Virus record (IMG/VR): IMGVR_UViG_3300019124_000012
Coordinates: 1 to 46,852 of that record
Length of the DNA stretch: 46,852 bases
DNA from: a virus
Direction: 5' to 3' (one strand)
Positions 9,043 through 17,384 of this stretch are shown here, in pieces. A program made the translations under genes and the position numbers. The notes under the pieces are model-generated. The model saw only the letters and a list, made by a program, of their open reading frames with translations, did no database searches and was not told the DNA's origin. Position 1 is the stretch's first letter. Each line of letters starts with the position of its first letter.

Positions 9043-9132
9043 ATGGTTGACATCAGCTTGGGCCGCGCTCTGACGGCCCTCTACGTGTCTGTCGCTGTCT
9101 TCAGCTTCGCTCTGGGAGCTTTGGTCTTCTGA
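9043..9132 (+). CDS. Small membrane peptide (29 aa)
   Basis: GGAG lies 8 nt upstream. Hydrophobic ALYVSVAVFSFALGALVF. Confidence 0.35.
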   Translation: MVDISLGRALTALYVSVAVFSFALGALVF

Positions 9133-9236
9133 TGGAGCCTGAATACACCTTCCCTCATGACACGATCCTTGAGGTGATCCGCTGGATCATCTGCTCCATC
9201 GGGATTGTGATCTTCCTCCTCGCCGTTTTCGCATAA
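9132..9236 (+). CDS. Small membrane peptide (34 aa)
   Basis: TGATG-coupled to the previous ORF. C-terminal TM WIICSIGIVIFLLAVFA. Confidence 0.35.
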   Translation: MEPEYTFPHDTILEVIRWIICSIGIVIFLLAVFA

Positions 9237-9255
9237 CTGAATACAAAGGAATTAC
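9237..9255 (+). promoter_or_regulatory. Cassette variant ctgAATACAAAGGAATTAC immediately upstream of the RNR ATG
   Basis: Fills the whole 20-nt intergenic gap. Near-identical to the minus-strand copy at 12534..12551. Contains AAGGA, so it may act as an RBS as well as, or instead of, a promoter. Confidence 0.35.
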
Positions 9256-9256
9256 G

Positions 9257-11341
9257 ATGCTTTCAAACGCGCCTGTCGAGATCGCGGCTCCGTCCGTTCG
9301 CGCTCAGGTCGTTACACGTCGCACCTACAACAGGCCCCTGGATGACCAGGGGTCTATTTTTGAAACCTGGGAGCAGACGGTTGACCGTGTGATCTCCCAT
9401 CAGCGCTGGCTCTGGGAACGCGCCAAGGGCCGCGTGAAGACCGTCGAGTACGGCAACAAGTTCACTGGAGAGGTCCAGCAGCGCCAGGAGTTCGTCCCTG
9501 GCAAGCTCACGGCTCGCGAGGAGCTGGAGCTGGACGAGCTTCGTCAGCTCATGCTGGCCCGTAAGGCTGTCACGGCAGGCCGCACCCTTTGGCTGGGTGG
9601 CACGGAGATCGCGAAGCGCCGTGAAGCCTCGATGTTCAATTGCAGCTTCGCTCGCGTGGAGACAGTTAATGATGTTGTCGATGGCTTCTGGAATCTTCTC
9701 CAGGGCTGCGGCGTTGGCTTTGAGCCTGTCGTTGGCACTCTCTCAGGTTTCACAAAGCCCGTCGAATTGGAGCTTCGTCGCTCCGCAAAGACCAAAGATG
9801 ACCCGAAAGGTCGTGAGACGAATCTGGAAACCATCGAAAACGTCGATGGCAAAGTAGTCTGGACGATCCTGATCGGTGACTCGGCTGAGGCTTGGTCGAA
9901 GGTTCCCGGCAAGCTCCTGGCGAACAAGGTGATGTGCGACAAGCTCATCCTCGACTACACGGAGATCCGTGGAGCCGGTGTTCGCCTCAAGGGGTACGGA
10001 TGGATCTCCTCAGGCGACGAGACGCTCTCCAAGGCTCTCGCGGCCATCGTGACGCTCCTGAACAAGCGAGCCGGTCAGCTCCTGACCCGTATCGACATTC
10101 TGGACATCATGAACCACCTGGGGACGACCCTTAGCTCCCGCAGGAGCGCAGAGATCGCCATTGTGCCTTATGGTGATCCTGAGTGGATTCCCTTCGCCAA
10201 GGCCAAGAAAGACCACTGGATCGACAACCCTCAGAGGGCTCAGTCGAACAACTCCATCGTCTTCTACCACCGTCCCTCCAAGGCAGAGCTTCAGGACATC
10301 TTCGACCTGATGATCGATGCCGGTGGCTCGGAGCCTGGGTTCATCAACGGCACCGCAGCGCTCAAGAGAGCCCCGTGGTTCAAGGGCGTGAATCCGTGTG
10401 CAGAAATTCTGCTAGGTAATAAATCCTATTGTAACCTTGTTGAGGTGGACCTCGGCAAGTTCAATGGGGATTGGGAAGGCCTCTGCGAGGCACAGCGCCT
10501 GATCGCCAGGGCGAACTACCGGCAGACTTGCGTGGACCTCAGGGACGGCATCTTGCAGGACTCCTGGCATGAGCTGAACCAGTTCCTGCGCCTGACCGGT
10601 GGTGGTGTGACGGGTATCGTCCGCTGGGAGCATCAGCACTCCGCTGAACACCGTAAGGCTCTCAGGAACATCGCGAAGCTCGCGAGCTACAAGATGGCTG
10701 ACGAGCTGGATATGCCGCGCTCCAAGGCCGTGACCACGATCAAGCCTTCAGGAACCCTGAGCAAGATCATGGACACGACGGAGGGCCTGCATAAGCCCCT
10801 TGGCCGCTACATCTTCAACAACGTCCGCTTCTCCAAGCACGATCCCCTGGTGGAGATCTGCCGGGAGGCTGGCTACCGGGTCTTCGATGATCCCTATGCC
10901 TCGGATGCTGTCCTCATCACCTTCCCGGTCGCCTGGGAGGATGTGGAGTTCGATGTGGTCGAGCGGGATGGCAAGATCCTCCATGTGAACCTTGAGTCCG
11001 CCGTCACGCAGCTTGATCGCTACAAGGCCTGGATGGACGACTATGTCGATCACAACGCCTCGATCACTGTGTCCTACGATCCCTCGGAAGTCCCTGAGAT
11101 CGTGGATTGGATCTACGAGAATTGGGACAGCTATGTGGGTGTGTCGTTCTTGTTCCGTAACGATCCCACGAAGACCGCAGAGGACTTGGGATACCCCTAC
11201 CTCCCGCAGGAGGTCGTCACGGAGGAGGCCTACAAGGCTTACGTGGCAAACCTGAAGCCTCTGGTGCTTGAGCAGCAGGCGAACAGCCTGGACGAGCTGG
11301 AGGACGAAGGATGTGCGACCGGCGCATGCCCAATCCGATAA
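9257..11341 (+). CDS. Ribonucleotide reductase, single-chain, class II-like (694 aa)
   Basis: Active-site finger GVNPCAEILLGNKSYCNLVEV and C-terminal Cys pair CATGACPIR. No beta-subunit gene is present in the genome. The class assignment is an inference. Confidence 0.75.
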   Translation: MLSNAPVEIAAPSVRAQVVTRRTYNRPLDDQGSIFETWEQTVDRVISHQRWLWERAKGRVKTVEYGNKFTGEVQQRQEFVPGKLTAREELELDELRQLMLARKAVTAGRTLWLGGTEIAKRREASMFNCSFARVETVNDVVDGFWNLLQGCGVGFEPVVGTLSGFTKPVELELRRSAKTKDDPKGRETNLETIENVDGKVVWTILIGDSAEAWSKVPGKLLANKVMCDKLILDYTEIRGAGVRLKGYGWISSGDETLSKALAAIVTLLNKRAGQLLTRIDILDIMNHLGTTLSSRRSAEIAIVPYGDPEWIPFAKAKKDHWIDNPQRAQSNNSIVFYHRPSKAELQDIFDLMIDAGGSEPGFINGTAALKRAPWFKGVNPCAEILLGNKSYCNLVEVDLGKFNGDWEGLCEAQRLIARANYRQTCVDLRDGILQDSWHELNQFLRLTGGGVTGIVRWEHQHSAEHRKALRNIAKLASYKMADELDMPRSKAVTTIKPSGTLSKIMDTTEGLHKPLGRYIFNNVRFSKHDPLVEICREAGYRVFDDPYASDAVLITFPVAWEDVEFDVVERDGKILHVNLESAVTQLDRYKAWMDDYVDHNASITVSYDPSEVPEIVDWIYENWDSYVGVSFLFRNDPTKTAEDLGYPYLPQEVVTEEAYKAYVANLKPLVLEQQANSLDELEDEGCATGACPIR

Positions 11342-11348
11342 CGGATGT

Positions 11349-11366
11349 CCCTGGAGCAATCCAGGG
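11349..11366 (+). terminator. Hairpin CCCTGGA-GCAA-TCCAGGG just after the RNR stop
   Basis: 7-bp perfect stem with a GNRA tetraloop 8 nt after the stop. No U-tract, so it could be a processing or stability hairpin. Confidence 0.3.
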
Positions 11367-11490
11367 CATCCTTCAGATGGTCATCTGGCATTGTATGATG
11401 GCGAAGTTCGCTGAGGAATGTCAGATGCCTGAGGATCGCAGGTATCACGCCTACCATGCACTAAGGCTCTGGAGCTACTTGGAAAAGTAG

Positions 11491-11564
11491 TGGAGGCGTC
11501 GCCCGGAATCGAACCGGGATGGAAGGATTTGCAGTCCTCTGCCTCACCATTCGGCCACGACGCC
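11491..11564 (-). tRNA. tRNA-Cys (anticodon GCA), 74 nt with encoded CCA
   Basis: Folded by hand. 7-bp acceptor stem GGCGUCG/CGACGCC, T arm CCCGG-UUCGAUU-CCGGG, anticodon arm GAGGA-CUGCAAA-UCCUU, and discriminator U followed by CCA. Confidence 0.9.
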
Positions 11565-11587
11565 CCGTAAGGGAGCCGCCATATCGC

Positions 11588-11640
11588 AAAAAAACCCCTG
11601 GATAGCAAGAGGTCATCCTCAAGCCGTCCAGGGGTTTTTT
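11588..11640. terminator. Bidirectional factor-independent terminator at the convergence of the two arms
   Basis: aaaaaaa-CCCCTGGA...TCCAGGGG-tttttt: an 8-bp stem flanked by an A-run and a T-run. The loop is long (24 nt). Confidence 0.6.
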
Positions 11641-11655
11641 GTTGATTATGTAATG

Positions 11656-11907
11656 TTATTCCTTAGAGACGAAACGGTCCAGCCGGTCGCCTAAGCGATC
11701 AATGGCTGTCAGAATCCTCGCCTCGAATTTCTCAAGAGTCGCTTGGGAGACATACTCCTTCGCAACCTCTTCCCTGAAGGAAGTCAATTCCTTACGCAGA
11801 CTGCCGATCTGCCCGTTAGCCCATCCGTAGATACCGATGGCCGTAGAGACGACCGGCAGGACAATCGTGAGGATCTCGCCCCAGGTGATCGTTCCTGCCA
11901 GCGTCAT
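11656..11907 (-). CDS. Membrane-anchored coiled-coil protein, spanin-like or second holin (83 aa)
   Basis: N-terminal TM ILTIVLPVVSTAIGIYGW followed by a charged helix. Last gene of the lysis cassette. Confidence 0.45.
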   Translation of the reverse strand: MTLAGTITWGEILTIVLPVVSTAIGIYGWANGQIGSLRKELTSFREEVAKEYVSQATLEKFEARILTAIDRLGDRLDRFVSKE

Positions 11908-11910
11908 GGC

Positions 11911-12096
11911 TTAGGTCTTCGCCTTGCGCGAGACGAGGCCAGCAGCGACCTCAAGAACCTTGTAGATCTTCGACAGGACCGCGTTGTCCTTAGGTGTCGC
12001 GGTGACGTTCACAACAACCAAGCAGAGCGCATGGAGGGCGAACAGGAAGTCGAAGATGACATCCTTATAGGCAATGAGAAGCGTCAGAAATTCCAT
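11911..12096 (-). CDS. Holin-like small membrane protein (61 aa)
   Basis: Hydrophobic core DFLFALHALCLVVVNV and basic C-terminus SRKAKT. Directly downstream of the endolysin. Confidence 0.45.
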   Translation of the reverse strand: MEFLTLLIAYKDVIFDFLFALHALCLVVVNVTATPKDNAVLSKIYKVLEVAAGLVSRKAKT

Positions 12097-12107
12097 GATG
12101 AAAATCC

Positions 12108-12527
12108 TTACGGATAGGCTTTGCGATAGAGTTCAAAGTGCGGCCCATCGAGGAAGCTCTCGTCCTTGTAGGAGCCGTCGTTGTCCCAATCCCCACCCCA
12201 CACGATGGGCACACGGACATCGCGAGCAGCCTGCTTGATGTACTCAGCGAGCTGGGCGTACTTCTCGAATGTCCAATCGAGGCCCTTGCCGTCCTTGGCG
12301 AGGATCGCAACGTCCACGGCATGGCCGGTCAGGTGGCGGGATTTCATGGTCTTGGACGCACCCTTGGCGACGAGCTTCTTCTGCTCCTCAAGGGTCCGCA
12401 GGCCACAGGTGATCTTGAAGTCCAGCTCGGCAGGCACGTAGTCCTTGGCCTTCATGAACACCTTCACAAGATCAGGGTGGACCCCCTGGAGTTTATCCAG
12501 GGAGGCCTTGCTGTAAGTAATAGGCAT
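12108..12527 (-). CDS. Endolysin, peptidase M15 (VanY/L-Ala-D-Glu peptidase-like), 139 aa
   Basis: Zn-binding motifs SRHLTGHAVDV and DGPHFE, plus WGGDW. Confidence 0.85.
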   Translation of the reverse strand: MPITYSKASLDKLQGVHPDLVKVFMKAKDYVPAELDFKITCGLRTLEEQKKLVAKGASKTMKSRHLTGHAVDVAILAKDGKGLDWTFEKYAQLAEYIKQAARDVRVPIVWGGDWDNDGSYKDESFLDGPHFELYRKAYP

Positions 12528-12533
12528 TTGTCT

Positions 12534-12551
12534 GTAATTCCTTTGTATCAG
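12534..12551 (-). promoter_or_regulatory. Cassette variant ctGATACAAAGGAATTAC between tail fibre and endolysin
   Basis: The reverse complement of 12534..12551 matches the 9237..9255 copy. It fills the 25-nt intergenic gap. Confidence 0.35.
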
Positions 12552-12552
12552 G

Positions 12553-15486
12553 TCAGCGAACGAGCCACTCTTCGACCTTGTCGGAGATGTCTCGCATCTT
12601 CCGCCAGCGTGGGCCTACAGGTTCGCCCTTGAGCATCCTGAGCTTTCCCATGAGCCCGATGGGCGACCACTCAGGGCGCTCCTCGCGAGGCACGTAGGGC
12701 CGATCAGGATCGTACTCAGGATTGAGGATACGCAGCTCTTCCCACACGTACTCAGCGTCCTCAGGAGGCACGACGCCCTCAGGGATCTTATCGACCTCGT
12801 AGACGAACGACGCTCGGTTGTTGGGATCGTCAGGATCGCCGTATGGATCGAAGTCAGGGTTCTTCCAGTAGACGCGCTGGACCCTACGCCTGAGGTAGTT
12901 CCCAAAGTCATCCCGAAGGTATTGGTCCTGCCAGCGTTCCTGGGCAGAGTCGCCCATCACAACAGGGCAGGCCGACACAACACCGATGATGTCCTCAGGG
13001 TCATCCGCAGCGGTCGCACGGCGCACCTTGTCGTCCACAAGGACCACGGACCAGCCGCGACGATCCTCGTTGTCAGGGTTACCATCCTCCCACTCGAAAT
13101 ACTCGGCATAGTCAGCGCCCGTGCCTGTGTAAGGACCGTCACCAAACGTTGCACCGTCGCCTCGCACATACCATTCGGTATCAGCCGCACCGTTGTTGTC
13201 CGAAGTGGCTCGGTAGAACTTGAAGCCGGTACTCTGAGTGCGATCCGCGTAAGAGCGGACAACGTCGTCAGCGGAACCAGACCGGTTGTAACCAAACAGA
13301 GCGCGGGAAGTAGACGTGTTGTACGCACCAAGCCCGTAAGCACCGGCACCAGCATCGATGAGCAACGCAGCGCCAGTGTTGTACTTGGCCGCGAGTACGT
13401 TCGACAGCCATGCACCGGCCCACGGCATGTAGAGGTTACCGTCAGAAGCCAGGTGCCACCCACCGCGACCATCAAGGGTCGCAGAGCCTAAGTAGGACAG
13501 ACCGTCGTTATACACACGGAAGCACCAAGCACCACCAGAGCCAACGAAGCCGATAGAGCCACCGTTGTTGTGAACAAAGCGGGTGCCTTCGTCCGTATCG
13601 TGCATCTCAAGCCACGATTGGTTCTGGCCCATACCCACACGGACCCTTTCGTTGGTGTTCAGGCCATTGGGGGTCCAGAGGGTGCCGCTAGAGCTGAGGG
13701 TCAGCAGGCTGGTTTCCCAGGCACCGGAAGCGCTCAGACGGTCGATATTGACCTGTCCTGCACGGCCATAGATGACGTTCTGCTTTCCATCGCCGCCCTT
13801 ACCAACCAGACGATAACCAGCCCACCCATCAGTTCCAGGGTGTTCAGCCGTGAAGCACCAACCAGCGCCTGTAGCAGTAACCGTTCCGGTGAAGGTCGCC
13901 CCAGAGAGGTTGGCCTTCTGAGCCAGGAGGTTATCCGCCTCGGTCTTGCTGTAGTAGTTCTGGGGATTCCACGTCTGAGCATTGGCCGCGCTCTGGGCTG
14001 CATTAGCGGCACTTGCGGCAGCATTGGCCTCAGAGGTCGCCGCAGCGTTCTTATGCGCCAGGGCAGAGGCAGCGGAGGTCGAGGCCTCGGAAGCCTTGGT
14101 AGAGGCCGTAGAAGCCGAAGAGGACGCATCGGCAGCCGAAGCCGCAGCCTCGGATGCTTTCGTGGTGATGAAAGTCGGATTGTCCGCGAGGAAGAGGATA
14201 TGCTCAACCTCAAACACGTCACCAACGGACCCCTCGGACGGGTCGAAACGGACACCCGTGATCGTGTTGGTCAACCAATCGGAGCCGTTGTTGATCTTTG
14301 TACTGTCCCTGAGGTCATAGACACAGTCGTACCAGACCCCATTGGCGAACGCCGGGGTTACGAGTGGTCGCCCGTTGTAGGCACCGTGACCGTGGCTGGC
14401 CGTCGTCCAATACAACTGCATCTGAGGGACAGCCGATCCGGTAGTGCGGCGAATACGGATCACAACCCTGGTGAACTTGCTGCCGTCAATGGACAGAGAG
14501 TTCCTCACGAAGTACAGGTCCGAATTGCTCCCGGTCTGTGTCACGACCAGAGGACCGCTTCCGCTCTGCGAGAGAGTGCCGTTGACACATGAGAAGCCCT
14601 GGACACCCTTGTTAGGGAACACAAAGGACTGAGGGTGAGCCTCTTGGAACGAGAGGGCCGTCAGGTACCCCTCAGCATACGCCCTCGCCGTCTCGGCTTT
14701 CGTCTCAGAGGTCTTTGCCGCATTTTCAGAAGCCTTCGCGTTGTTCTCGGAGGTCTTGGCAGCGGTTTCAGACGCCTTGGCGTTCGTCTCGGAGGTCTTG
14801 GCAGCAGTCGCACTTGCGGATGCCTCAGAAGCCTTTGTAGAGGCCGTAGAGGCCGATGTTGAGGCGTTGGAGGCGGAAGTAGCCGCAGCGTTCTTATGGC
14901 CCTCAGCGGTCGTCGCAGAGGCCGCAGCGGCGTTCTTAGACGCCAGGGCGTTGTCCTCGGAAGTCTTAGCCGCATTCTGGCTTGCGAGGGCCGCAGAGGC
15001 GCTTGAGGCCGCATTGGAGGCCGAAGTAGCCGCAGCGTTCTGAGAGGCCTTAGCGGCGTTCTCAGAGGCCTTGGCGTTCGTCTCGGAGGTCTTTGCGTTC
15101 TGCTCGGACACACTCGCAGCCACCTTGGAGGCCGCAGCCGCGTTGGCGTTGTCGATGGTCGCCTGGAGGGACTGAGCCGCCTGGGAGGCGCTGTTGGAGG
15201 AATCCGTTGCAGAGGCCGCAGAAGCCTGAGCGCTCAGATGGGCATCTTGGGCACTCGCAGCGCTGTTCGCAGCCTGGGTCGCGCTCGCAGCTCGGCTCGT
15301 ATCGGAAGCCTGAGCAGCCACAGAGGCGTTGAACGCGCTCTGGGCCGCATCGGCAGCAGCTTGGTCAGTCTCGCTCTTCTTCTGAAGAACGATGTTCATG
15401 GCCTCGGTAGCGTCTTCAAGCAGCTCCTGGGCCAAACGAATAGATGTCGGGCTGGGGTTGCCCTTGAAAAATCCTGAACTAGCCAT
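12553..15486 (-). CDS. Tail fibre / receptor-binding protein (977 aa from the ATG at 15486)
   Basis: Long Ala/Ser-rich repeats (AKTSETNAKASENAAK...), a central beta-rich domain, and a C-terminal GTGADYAEYFEWEDGN segment typical of autoproteolytic intramolecular-chaperone domains. The track start at 15495 is TTG. Confidence 0.75.
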   Translation of the reverse strand: MASSGFFKGNPSPTSIRLAQELLEDATEAMNIVLQKKSETDQAAADAAQSAFNASVAAQASDTSRAASATQAANSAASAQDAHLSAQASAASATDSSNSASQAAQSLQATIDNANAAAASKVAASVSEQNAKTSETNAKASENAAKASQNAAATSASNAASSASAALASQNAAKTSEDNALASKNAAAASATTAEGHKNAAATSASNASTSASTASTKASEASASATAAKTSETNAKASETAAKTSENNAKASENAAKTSETKAETARAYAEGYLTALSFQEAHPQSFVFPNKGVQGFSCVNGTLSQSGSGPLVVTQTGSNSDLYFVRNSLSIDGSKFTRVVIRIRRTTGSAVPQMQLYWTTASHGHGAYNGRPLVTPAFANGVWYDCVYDLRDSTKINNGSDWLTNTITGVRFDPSEGSVGDVFEVEHILFLADNPTFITTKASEAAASAADASSSASTASTKASEASTSAASALAHKNAAATSEANAAASAANAAQSAANAQTWNPQNYYSKTEADNLLAQKANLSGATFTGTVTATGAGWCFTAEHPGTDGWAGYRLVGKGGDGKQNVIYGRAGQVNIDRLSASGAWETSLLTLSSSGTLWTPNGLNTNERVRVGMGQNQSWLEMHDTDEGTRFVHNNGGSIGFVGSGGAWCFRVYNDGLSYLGSATLDGRGGWHLASDGNLYMPWAGAWLSNVLAAKYNTGAALLIDAGAGAYGLGAYNTSTSRALFGYNRSGSADDVVRSYADRTQSTGFKFYRATSDNNGAADTEWYVRGDGATFGDGPYTGTGADYAEYFEWEDGNPDNEDRRGWSVVLVDDKVRRATAADDPEDIIGVVSACPVVMGDSAQERWQDQYLRDDFGNYLRRRVQRVYWKNPDFDPYGDPDDPNNRASFVYEVDKIPEGVVPPEDAEYVWEELRILNPEYDPDRPYVPREERPEWSPIGLMGKLRMLKGEPVGPRWRKMRDISDKVEEWLVR

Positions 15487-15491
15487 TGCGA

Positions 15492-16097
15492 TCAATCGTC
15501 AAAATTAAGGGAATACGCAGGCATCACTTGAGCGTTCGTAAGCTCATCCTCGGAGGCCTGGTTGTTGAGATCCACAATCGCCTTGACGAAGTCGTCCTCG
15601 AATACTTGCTTACGCGGGTCCGTGTAGTGACCGCAGGCAAGCGAGAGGGCTCCGTTGTAAATGATGTCCGGTGCGATCTCAGTGAGCCAGTTGGAATCCG
15701 TGTCCTCGGTCAGGGCCGAAAAGTCGGCGTTGTAAACGAGCTGGATCACGTCGCCGGTCGCAGGCCGTGGACCGATGATGAACTTGGAGCCATTCCTTGC
15801 GAAGAACCGGGGAACACCAGGGTAGCGGGACTCCCGCAGGGCCGTGGTGAGATCGACCTTGGTCAGCTCCTGATCGCCAATGGTGAGCGAAACGAGCTTG
15901 AGGAAATCGCCGGGAATGTCCAGGCCATCGAAGCCATCCTCGACCGGGATGTACGCAACAGACTCGCTCGCGGGAACACGGAGAAGCCGCTGCGCTCTCT
16001 GGATGGCACTCTTAATGAAGTTTTCGACCAGTGATGGTGTGATGTCGCGCCGGTTGAGCATGGCGCGGAATTGCGCTTTGACTTCTCCGTAATTCAT
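15492..16097 (-). CDS. Head-tail adaptor / connector-like protein (201 aa)
   Basis: Lies between the capsid block and the tail fibre. Size and N-terminal helix (MLNRRDITPSLVENFIKSAIQRAQR) fit adaptor proteins. Assignment is positional. Confidence 0.5.
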   Translation of the reverse strand: MNYGEVKAQFRAMLNRRDITPSLVENFIKSAIQRAQRLLRVPASESVAYIPVEDGFDGLDIPGDFLKLVSLTIGDQELTKVDLTTALRESRYPGVPRFFARNGSKFIIGPRPATGDVIQLVYNADFSALTEDTDSNWLTEIAPDIIYNGALSLACGHYTDPRKQVFEDDFVKAIVDLNNQASEDELTNAQVMPAYSLNFDD

Positions 16098-16109
16098 TTC
16101 GAGTACCTA

Positions 16110-16283
16110 TTAGTTTTCCTCAGCAACAGGCTCCTCGTCCTCGACGTATTCAGCCGCATAGCAGCCGCCGTTTTCCTGCTGGAGCTGTTGGAGGTAAGCG
16201 TCAATTTCTTCAAATGAGAGATGAGAAATCTCGCCGGTCGGGATGAACTCCCGCCCGACTTCCTTAAGAATACGATAGGCCAT
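16110..16283 (-). CDS. Hypothetical acidic protein (57 aa)
   Basis: ORF read by hand (MAYRILKEVGREFIPTGEISHLSFEEIDAYLQQ...). Fits the gap between neighbouring genes. Confidence 0.4.
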   Translation of the reverse strand: MAYRILKEVGREFIPTGEISHLSFEEIDAYLQQLQQENGGCYAAEYVEDEEPVAEEN

Positions 16284-16288
16284 CTTGG

Positions 16289-17005
16289 TTATCCGTAGAG
16301 GATGAAGCCGTGGACCTCATCGGCACCCACAGCGGTTGCATCGTTGTCAGCCACAGCACCCGTGATGTTGTAGGCAAGGCCGGAACCAAAGCGGATCGGA
16401 GCGCTCGGCTGGATCACACGCTCGGCACCAGCGGGGAGGACCACAGTGAACAGGGGTGTGTCTGAAGTCACAGGCGCGGAGGACTTGTTGTAGAACCTCA
16501 CGAAGCGCGTGGACGCACCGTTGTTCTGGAGGAAGATCTGGTAGACGTTACGGCCCGTGTTGCTCACAAGGGTCGCGTTGACGTTCGCAGCGGACTTGAT
16601 GCGATGCACCGTGCCACCCACAACGGAGCTGCTGGTCAACGTCGCGATGACGCCAGGGGCGTTCGTCACCTGAACGCCAGGGTTCTCCGACACCTCCTTC
16701 CGCATGTAGCCGTTCACGGTCACCGTACCGGAACCATAGGTCGAGATACGGGCACGGAAGTAGCGAGCCAGGAGCGGGAAGACGTAGTGACCGGTGGAGC
16801 TGGTCGTGGTTACCTGGGAGCCGGTCGAGTTCTGACCGGTCACCTGATGCCACGTCACGCCATCGTTCGACATCTCATAGGTGATCGTGCAGGACGTTCC
16901 TGCGCTAATCACCTGGACAACGACGGTGCGGTAATCAGGATCGCTGTCGATGGTAAAGAGTACGCCTGCGCTGGTGCGAGACGCGGAAGGATGAACATAG
17001 GCCAT
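16289..17005 (-). CDS. Beta-rich virion protein, possible capsid decoration/minor capsid (238 aa)
   Basis: Ser/Thr/Gly/Val-rich, beta-strand-like sequence. Positioned downstream of the major capsid gene. Confidence 0.45.
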   Translation of the reverse strand: MAYVHPSASRTSAGVLFTIDSDPDYRTVVVQVISAGTSCTITYEMSNDGVTWHQVTGQNSTGSQVTTTSSTGHYVFPLLARYFRARISTYGSGTVTVNGYMRKEVSENPGVQVTNAPGVIATLTSSSVVGGTVHRIKSAANVNATLVSNTGRNVYQIFLQNNGASTRFVRFYNKSSAPVTSDTPLFTVVLPAGAERVIQPSAPIRFGSGLAYNITGAVADNDATAVGADEVHGFILYG

Positions 17006-17017
17006 TTCAAGAAAACC

Positions 17018-17314
17018 TTAGAGCTTACGATCAGTCGTGATGAAGTAGTCCAGCCCTTCAGCCTTCAGTTTCGCGATCACTTTTGCCGGATGTTCTCTGC
17101 GGGGATCGAAGCCCTGGCGCAGCCAATTCTCATAGACGACCACAGGAATGCTTGCGAAACGATGGAGTTCACCCATCTTGCCTTGCGTCGAAGCCTTACG
17201 GGCCTCAGACAGATGATCAAGGAAGTCCTGGGGAATCTCCTGGGAGCGCTGGATGAATAGCTTCGCGTTCCCGTCCCCTTCATGGAACGAGTAGCGTGGT
17301 TCGATAATGTTCAT
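17018..17314 (-). CDS. Hypothetical protein (98 aa)
   Basis: ORF in the structural operon. Confidence 0.5.
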   Translation of the reverse strand: MNIIEPRYSFHEGDGNAKLFIQRSQEIPQDFLDHLSEARKASTQGKMGELHRFASIPVVVYENWLRQGFDPRREHPAKVIAKLKAEGLDYFITTDRKL

Positions 17315-17384
17315 GGTTGGAGGAAAAGAATTTCGTGAAAAATAAGGGGGCCACAGGAAACCCCATGACCCCCATAAGACTTGC

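Noticed and set aside
9257-11341. Inteins or introns in RNR, DNA polymerase, terminase or primase-helicase.
   Set aside because: All four ORFs are uninterrupted and of ordinary length for their families. Conserved motifs occur in normal order with no large insertions visible.
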